Made by a program: the position numbers and the translations under genes. DNA of 64,000 nucleotides from the human T2T-CHM13v2.0 reference genome, Homo sapiens: NCBI RefSeq assembly GCF_009914755.1, contig NC_060927.1. The stretch is one strand, 5' to 3'. This document shows positions 55,536 to 64,000 of the stretch, piece by piece. Position 1 is the first letter of the stretch, and each line of letters opens with the position of its first letter. Under the pieces are notes generated by a model. The model made no database searches and was not told the DNA's origin. It worked only from the letters and a program-made list of their open reading frames with translations.

Positions 55536-55652
55536 AAGTGTACAGCCCTCGGTACCCAAGGTGATCTCTCATCTAAGTAACAATGAGGCCAGATTGCTTA
55601 GCTTCTGAGATTAGAGAAGATTGAGTGCATTCAGGGTGGTGTTGCCATAGAC
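55536..55652 (-). pseudogene. Processed 5S rRNA pseudogene (RNA5SP type)
   Basis: Minus strand gtctatggcaacaccaccctgaatgc...gaagctaagca...taccgagggctgta is colinear with 5S rRNA; short A-rich tail; TSD aagaacataatttta (55515-55529) / aggaaaataatttta (55653-55667). Confidence 0.92.
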
Positions 55653-55706
55653 AGGAAAATAATTTTAAAATGATTTGAACTTCAACACTTGAAACAACTT
55701 GGCTAG

Positions 55707-56120
55707 TGTAGTGGTTTGAATATTTACTCCCTTCAAAACTCATGTTAACATTTGATCTCCAGTTGAGAGGAGGGGCCTTGAAGAGGTGATTGGGTCATGA
55801 GGGCTCTGTCTTCATGGATGGATCAATCCATTCCTGAATTAATGGACCAGTGGATTAATGAGTTAACATGATGACAGGACTGCTGGCCTTGTAAAAGTAA
55901 GAAGAGAGTCCTGAGCTAGCAGGTTCAATCCCCTCTGTCATGTGGTGCCCTACACTGACACCAAACTCTGCAGAGTCCTTATCAGCAAGAAGGCCTTCAC
56001 CAGATGTGGCCCCCTGACCTTGGACTTAGTTTTCATAACTGTAAAAAAAAAATTTCTTTTCTTTATAAGTTACCCAGTTTCAGGTATTCTGTTATAAGCA
56101 ATAACAAATGGACTAAGACA
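55707..56120 (+). mobile_element. MSTB1/MSTB2-like MaLR solo LTR
   Basis: tgtagtggtttgaatattt...cagcaagaaggcc...aatggactaagaca. Confidence 0.87.
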
Positions 56121-57164
56121 GCTGTTAAAATCTATTTTATCCTAAAATTTTTTCCAATGCTGCCTCTCGCTACCAATGAACAGAATAGAAACAGTCCTTT
56201 GCAAACATAGTAGTATTTGAATATATCATCTATTTTCATGCAGCTGTATCCTCCTTTGTCCTTTACTAAATTCAATGCTAAGATATCTTTTTTTTGTATA
56301 TGATGAAATACTTAGTAATATTTGGAGGAAAATAGGCAGTTAAGACAGGAATAAGGTTTTTTGATTACAACAGGCATTTGAAAACCTTTATTGTTGCACA
56401 ATGTTAAGCCATACCTAACAAACTATACTGAAATTGATGGGTAGATTTTACATTCCTTGATGAAATTGTCACCAAGTGGGCTTTTCCCTAAAAGTCAGAA
56501 TTGAAGTCATTTTATGATCCAGTAGCAAACATCATTAGTAGAGATGGTGGAGACTTCCTGAGTGTTTAATGCATTCTGGGAAACCACCACAACTTGGCAA
56601 AGTCTCTCTGTGGTTGCTTTATAGTGCAGAACCTCACTCTGCGTAGTAAAAATAAAACCAAATTCATTTGGGCACAGTCTTTTTGTTGCTTTATTTAATT
56701 TTCACTTTGGCATATGGCCCTTAAAGCTTTAATAGGGCAGATGTGGCTTTGGAAGGGCTTACTAATCCAACTTGGTTAATGACTTTCATGGTAGAAACCA
56801 GCTCAGCAGTTTTTTCTCAGTCCACAGTTAGTACCTATTCTCTTTGATTTTTCCTTTGGTGGAAAACCTCTCCATGGGGCAACCTATTATCAGTAGACAT
56901 TTTCCTGAATTTTGAGGTAACTACCTTCAAGTTTCTGGGTTGCAAAGATACAGGTAGAGGAAATGCTACTAAAACTGAGCTACTGATACCTAGAGAGAAA
57001 AATAAAGAATTGTGTTTGTATTTGCAACTTCTTTCACGATGCACAGCATGATGGCTCCAGATTGCTCTGTGGGATAGAGTTGATTATGTTAGGTTAGCAT
57101 TCGAGAAAATCCTAAATGGATTAGCATTTTTGATGATCATTGGTGTTTCTGATGTCAGTGAGGG

Positions 57165-57740
57165 ACCATAGAAAGAATATGGGCTGTGGAGCCAGGCAGT
57201 CCGTTCTTCAGGTCCTGAGGGCCTAGTCTAGATTTTTCTCAGTCCACTTTCTGATAGTAATATATATTACTACTTACCTCACAGGATTTTGTGGGGATTC
57301 AGTGGCAGGAAGTGGTGTTTCCTGAACTACAGTTATTTGCATACCATATGAGGATTTTTAAAAATCCTATATGTGGGTTTATTTGTATTATTATTTACAT
57401 AATATTTTAACAATCAACACTCTTTCCCTCATGTTTTAAAAAATTTATGCTCTTTAGCCTTATTAAAAGCAATACTTGCAAAAATTTAATCCACAAGTTA
57501 TATTGCTTCATTACACATTAAAATAAATGTAAAGTTATCTTTTGTGCATTATATTAATAAACAGCCGTGGTATTATGCTCAGATAATATTTAATACAATG
57601 GCCTTACTTATATTAGTCTCAATCTCCCACTAGACTGTAAGTTAGCTGATAGCAGGGGCTTTTATTCAATTTATTTACTCTGATGTCTTTGATACCTAGC
57701 ACAATGTCTGGCACACAGAAGTCCTCAAATTGTCTGAAAA
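57165..57740 (+). mobile_element. MIR (about 57165-57305) and L2 3' end (about 57615-57740) relics
   Basis: gggctgtggagccaggc...tacctcacagga; cccactagactgtaag...cctagcacaatgtctggcaca. Confidence 0.6.
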
Positions 57741-58041
57741 TTACCCTGGGATTTATTTCTTGTTTACTTAGAAAAAGTGTCAGACTGGAGAAGGGATGAC
57801 TTCTCCCCATAGGCATGCCTGCACCCAAACTCAGCATTCCACAACACTGGAGGCTTCCTTCCTCTGGCAGGAGGACCTATGCTTGAATCAAATTACCCAT
57901 GAGCTCTAAGAGCTGAACAATTGGCTTTCCCAGGTTACTGCGGAAACCTCTAAAACTTCGCCTGGTTTGCCTGATTCCCAGTATTCTGATGATCACCACA
58001 ATTTCACTTTGGCCAAACTCTTTCTTCTTTCCCTATCACCA

Positions 58042-58120
58042 CTCTCTCTCTTCCTCTCTCTCTTTCTCAATCTCTCTCTCTCACACACACACACACACCC
58101 ACACCCACACACAGACACAC

Positions 58121-58148
<28 letters not shown>
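58042..58148. repeat. Compound (CT)n-(CA)n microsatellite
   Basis: Imperfect CT run followed by interrupted CA runs. Confidence 0.92.
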
Positions 58149-58151
<3 letters not shown>

Positions 58152-61100
58152 ACTGGTTGTTTGCATGTTTGCCTTATAAAAAGGTTAATCAACAGAATGG
58201 CAGGGAGTCTCCTCTGGAACCATCATGCGTGGTGTGTCCAGCAGAGTGCCTTGGCCTGGACACATCTGCCTGTGTGAAGATGAAAGAATAGAGTCCCTAT
58301 GGCTTTTTGTTTCTTGTAACCCCAGGCTTGGCTTATAAGTTTCCTCACTGAAACCTTTTCCTCAGTCCATTCTGTGTGAAGTTGTGGAAATCTTTTCAAG
58401 CCCTTCTTCATGACAGCTGGCACGCAAAAGGGAACGCACCCTGTATGACCAAAAGATGGCAGGATATATATGTAATCTCATGTTCTGTCAAACAAAACAT
58501 TCTGAAACCAGAACATATTCCACTCAGTGCCCAGTCCCTGGCACATAGTAGTATATAATAAATATTTCTTGGCCCCATGATGAATGGATGCATGAATACT
58601 TATAGTTGGTGAAAGCATAAATGGCTGAAAAAACTTTACAAGTTTTTTCATGTTTAATAAAGTGCAGAAATATTAGAAGAGCAATAAACAACATAAGTTG
58701 GCTGGCATTTATAAGGTATGGTCTATTCTAGGCAATCACATTTTCTTAAAAAGTGAAGCTTATTCTTCAAAGCATATATTTGCTTTTTGAGTAAGCTCTC
58801 TTTAAAAAGTTGCCTTACTTATCTGAATTATATATTACACATAATTTAACCTTGTCCTGAATATTTATAAGTAAAAACAGGATTTTATAAACAATTAAAG
58901 GAGATATATATCTAGCAATTTCAGGGGTATTATTCTGAGTAATTTTTGCTTGGCTACAAAAATAACATATGTAACCAAAAGACACAGACACGAAATGTAT
59001 AGAATGTGAATGGTGCTTGGTAGGATTCTCTCCCTATCTATTTCCACAATATTTATCTTCCATGGATACCTCCTTAAAGAAAGAAATTTGGAAAGATTAT
59101 ATACTATATTTAATCAAATATCTTTTCCAGTGTTTGTGTTAACATTGAATTTTATTTTTTCTTTTTAATTTTTGTGGTTACATAGTCAGTATATATAGTT
59201 ATAAGGTACATATGATATTTTGATACAGGCATACAATGTGTAATAATCATAAGAGGGTAGTTGGGGTATCCATGACCTCAAGCATTTATTCTTTCTTTGT
59301 GTTACAAACAAACCAATTATGCTATTTTAGTTAATTAAAAGTGTACAATAATTATTTAATTATTTGGCAGTCATCCTGTTCTTCTACCAAATATTAGATC
59401 GTATTCATTCTATCTGACTATATTTTTGTACCTATTCGCCATCCCCGTTTCTATTGCCTCACCCCACCACTACCCTTCCAGCCTTTGGTAACCATCATTC
59501 TATTCTTCTGTCTCTATTTGTTCAATTATTTTAAATTTTTTAGCTCCCACAAATGAGTAAGAATATGCGAAGTTTGTCTTTCTGAACTTGGCTTACTTCA
59601 CTTAACATAATTACCTCCAGTTCCATCCATGTTGTTGCAGAGGACAAGATCTTATTCTTTTTTAATGGCTGAACAGTACTCCACTGTGTATACGTACCAC
59701 TGTTTCTTCATCTACTTATCTGTTGATTGAAACTAGGTTGCTTCTAAATATTGGCAATTGTGAATAGTGCTGCAATAAACATGCAAGGGCAGATATCTCT
59801 TTGATATACTGATTTCCTTTTTTTCTGGGTATAAACCTAGCAGTGGGGTTGCTGGATCCTATGGTAGCTCGATTTTTAGTTTTTTTGTTCCAAACTGTTG
59901 TCCATGGTGATTGTACTAATTTGCATTCCCACCAACAGTGTATAGGGGTTCCCTTTTCTCTTCATCCTCTCCAGCATTTGTTATTACCTGTCTTTTGGAT
60001 AAAAGCCATTTTAACTAGGGTGAGATGATATCTTATTGTGGTTTTGATTTGCATTTCACTAATGATTGATGATGTTGAGCACATTTTCATATACCTGTTT
60101 TCCATATGTATATCTTCTTTTGAGAAATGTCTATTTAGATCTTTTACCAATTTTTAAATTGGATTATTTGTTTTATCCCTATTGAAGTGTTTGATCTCCT
60201 TGTATATTCTGGCTATTAATCTCTTCTCAGATGTGTAGTTTGCAAATATTTTCTCCCATATGGTGGGTTGTCTCTTTGCTTTGCTGATTGTTGCTTTGCT
60301 GTGCAGGAGCTTTTTAACTTGGTATGATTCCCTTTGTCCATTTTTTCCTTTGCTTGCCAGTGCTTGTGGGATATTACTCAAGAAATCTTTGCCTAGTTGA
60401 ATGTCCTGAAGATTCCCAATGTTTTCTTTTAGGAATTTCACAGTTGGGGGACTTACATTTAAGTTTTTAATCCATTTTGATTTGATCTTTGTATATGGTG
60501 AGAGATAGGGGTCTATTTTCATTCTTCTGCATATAGATATACAGTTTTCCCTGGAACATTTATTTAAGCAACTGTCCTTTCCTTAATGTATGTTCTTGGC
60601 ATCTTTGTCAAAAATGAGTTCACTGTAGATGTGTGAATTTACTTCTGGGTTCTTTGGTCCATTGGGCTATGTGTATGTTTTTAGGCCAGTATCATGCTGT
60701 TTTGCTTACTATGGCTCTGTAGTATAATTTGAAGTTAGGTGACATGATTCATCCACTTTTTTTGTTGTTGTTAGGGTAACTTTGTTCTGGGTCTTTGTGG
60801 TTCCATATAAATTTTAGGATAATTTTTTCTATTTATGGAAAGAATGTCATTGGTATTTTGATAAAGATTACATTGAATGTATAAATTTTTATGTGTAGTA
60901 TAGAAATTTTAACAATATTAATTCTCTCAATTCTTGAACATGAAATATGATTCAGTTTTTCTGTGTGTCCTCTTGCATCAATGTTTTATAGTTTCATTGT
61001 GGAGATCTTTCACTTTTTTGCTAAAGTGTATTCCTAAATATTTTACTATTTTATTTTACTTGTGGTATTGTACTTGGTATGTTTTTATTTTATTTTTATT

Positions 61101-61709
61101 TTATTTTATTTATTGTATTTCTGGTATTGTATATGTTATATTTTTCATATTGTTTGCTGTTGCCATATAGAAATGCTAATAAATTGGTATGTTGGCTTTG
61201 TATTCTGTATCTTTAATGAATTTAACAGTTCTAATAGTTTAATTGTGGAGTCTTTATGTCTTTACAAATATAAGATTATACCATCTGCCAACAAGAATAG
61301 TTTGACTTCTTCCTTTACAATTTCTTTCTTTGTCTGGTTGTTCTAGCTAGAACATCCAGTATCAGTGGAAAACAGTAGTGAAAGTGGGAATCTTTGTCTT
61401 GTTCCAGCTCTTAGAAGAAAGGCTTTCAGATATTCCCCATTCAGTGATACTACTGTGGGTCTGTTGTACATGACTTTTATTGTGTTGAAGTATATTCTTT
61501 GTATAACCAGTTTTTTTGAAGGTTTTTTTAAATCATGAAAGAATGTTGAATTTTATCAAATGCTTTTTCAATGTCAGTTGAAATTATGTGTTGATCATTC
61601 TGTTGATATGATATATCACATTGATTGATTTGTGTATGCTGAACCTTCCTTGCATTCCTGAGATAACTTCCACTTGGGCATGATGAATAATTTTTTAATG
61701 TATTGTTGA

Positions 61710-62031
<322 letters not shown>

Positions 62032-62510
62032 TTGCTGAGAATTTTTGCATCAATGGTCATTAGGCATATTGGCCTATAGTTTTCTTTTTTGATGTGTCAT
62101 TTTCTGGTTTTGATATCAGTGTAATTCTGGCCTCTTAAAATGAGTTTGAAAGTATTCCCTCCTCTTCTGTTTTTCAAAATAGTTTGAGTAGAATTGGTAT
62201 TACTTTCTCTTTAAATGTTTGGTGAAATTCAGCAGTCAAGCCATTGTGCCCTGGATTTTCTTTGCGAAACTTTTTATTACAGCTTTGATCTCATTACTTA
62301 TTATTGGTCTGCCCAGGTTTTGGATTTCTTCATGGTTCAATCTTGGTAGGCTGTATGTGTCTAGGAATGTATCTATTTTTTCTAGGTTTTCCAATTTACT
62401 GGCTTATAGTTGCTCATAGTAGCCACTAATGATCCTTTGAATTTCTGCAGTATCAGTTATAATGTCTCCTTGTTCATCTCTTATTTTACTTATTTCAGTG
62501 ATATCTTCTT

Positions 62511-62661
62511 TTTTCTTAGTCTGGCTAAAGGTTTGTCAATTAAGTTTGTCTGGTTAAAGGTTTGTCAATTTTTCTTAGTCTGGTTGAAAGTTTGTCAGTT
62601 AAGTTTGCCTGGTTAAAGATTTGTCAATTTTTCTTAGTCTGGTTAAAGGTTTGTCAATTTT
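62511..62661. repeat. Minisatellite, 5 x 29/30 bp (59-bp higher-order unit), inside L1 ORF2
   Basis: Core ctggttaaaggtttgtcaatt starts at 62521, 62550, 62580, 62609 and 62639. Confidence 0.9.
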
Positions 62662-63940
62662 CCTTATCTTTTGATGAACCAACTTTTTGTCTCATTAATT
62701 TTTCGGGTTTTTTGTTCTAATTTCTACTCTGATCTTTATTGTTTCTTTACTTCTACTAATTTTTGGTTTGGTTTGCCTTTGCTTATCTAGTTATTTAAGA
62801 TGCATCATAAGATTGTTTATTTGAAGTTTTTTTCCTTTTTTGAGGTAGATGTTTATTGCTATAAACTTTCCTCTTAGAACTGCTTTCACCATATCCTATA
62901 TGTTTTGGTATGTTGTGTTTTCATTTCATTTTTTTGTGAGAATTTTTTAAATTTCCTTTTTAATTCCTTAATTGATCCATTGATCAGTCAGGAACATATT
63001 ATTTAATTTCCATGTATTTGTATCATCTTCAAAATTCCTTGTTATTGATTTCTAGTTTTATTCCATTTTGATAAGAGAAGATGCTTGATATTATTTCAGT
63101 TTTTTCGAATGTTGTAAGACTTGTTTTTTGTCCTAACATATGGTCTATCTTTGAGAATAATCCATGTGCTGAGGAGAAGAATGTGCATTTTGCAGCCATG
63201 GATGAAATATTCAGTAAATATTCATTTGGTCTACAGTACAGATTAAGTCTGATAATTATTTGTGGATTTTCTGTCTGGATGATCTGTTCAATGTTAAAAG
63301 TAAGGTGACAGAGTTTCCAACTATTATTGTATTGGGGTTTATCTCTCTCTTTACCTCAACCAATATTTGCTTTATATATCCAAATGCTTCAGTGTTGGGT
63401 GCATACATATTTACCACTGTTGTATCCTTTTGTAGAATTTACCACTTTATCATCGTGCAATGACCTTCTTTGTGTCTTTATAATTTTTGTGTTGAAATCT
63501 ATTTTGTCTGCTATAAGTATAGCTACACTTGCTCTTTTTTGGTGTCCATTTGCACGGAATGTCTTTTTCCATCTCTTTATTTTCAGTCTATGTGTGTCTT
63601 CATAGGTTTTAGTGTGTTTCTTGTAGGCAACATATTATCAATCTTATTTTTTCATTCATTCAGCCATTTCATGACTTTTGATTGAAGAGTTTAGTCCATT
63701 TACATTTAATGTTATGTTTGACAAATAAGGATTTACTCCTGACTTTTTGTTACTTGTTTTCTTGTTGCTTTGGGTTCTTTTCTTCCTTCTTTCCTTTCTT
63801 TCTCACTTCCTTTTAGTGAAGGTGATTTTCTCAGGAGGTATGTTTCAATTTCTTGCTTTGTATTGGTTGTATCTGTATTTGCAGCGTATTGGTTGCATGT
63901 TTCTTGTATTGCATTTGCAGGGTATTGTTTGCATGTTTCT

Positions 63941-64000
63941 TTTTTTTTTTTTGAGATGGAGTCTTGCTCTGTTGCCCAGGCTGGAGTGCAACACCATAGT
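63941..64000 (-). mobile_element. Alu 3' end at the window edge
   Basis: Poly-T then gagatggagtcttgctctgttgcccaggctggagtgca. Confidence 0.88.

Noticed and set aside
59962-60522. L1 ORF2-like ORFs as functional CDS (also 24341-24760)
   Set aside because: Short fragments of disrupted old L1 copies with stops and frameshifts
62511-62661. CRISPR-like repeat-spacer array
   Set aside because: Spacers are 7-8 bp and repeated, the core is L1-derived, no cas genes are present and the DNA is primate

Overview
AT-rich primate (catarrhine, human-like) intergenic or intronic DNA. I find no supportable protein-coding gene: most supplied ORFs overlap Alu, L1, LTR or microsatellite sequence, and the rest match no protein I recognise. 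Much of the window is interspersed repeat. It holds about 19 Alus or Alu fragments, many with readable TSDs. L1s include a ~4.7 kb L1MA-type element at the right end, a 1.1 kb L1PA-type 3' end and older L1M pieces. There are also L2/MIR relics, about 15 LTRs (MaLR MST/THE1/MLT1, MER11, MER21C, LTR28-like, MER4E, LTR26) and DNA transposon relics (Hsmar1 3' end, MADE1, Charlie4a, MER5A, MER20, MER44, MER53, MER58A, Tigger4a). One processed 5S rRNA pseudogene is present. The most notable observations are: (1) an LTR28-like solo LTR with a CpG-dense patch, promoter boxes and a nested hairpin; (2) a MaLR LTR flanked by a 20-bp rather than 5-bp direct repeat; (3) a three-layer TE nest whose inner THE1 carries a micro-inversion; (4) a perfect SETMAR site in a MADE1 hairpin near an Hsmar1 end; (5) a FOX/D-box/GATA/HNF4-like motif cluster; (6) a higher-order minisatellite inside L1 ORF2. 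Subfamily names come from recalled consensus sequences and need RepeatMasker/Dfam confirmation, and boundaries of old elements are approximate. I cannot claim a new biological system from this sequence.
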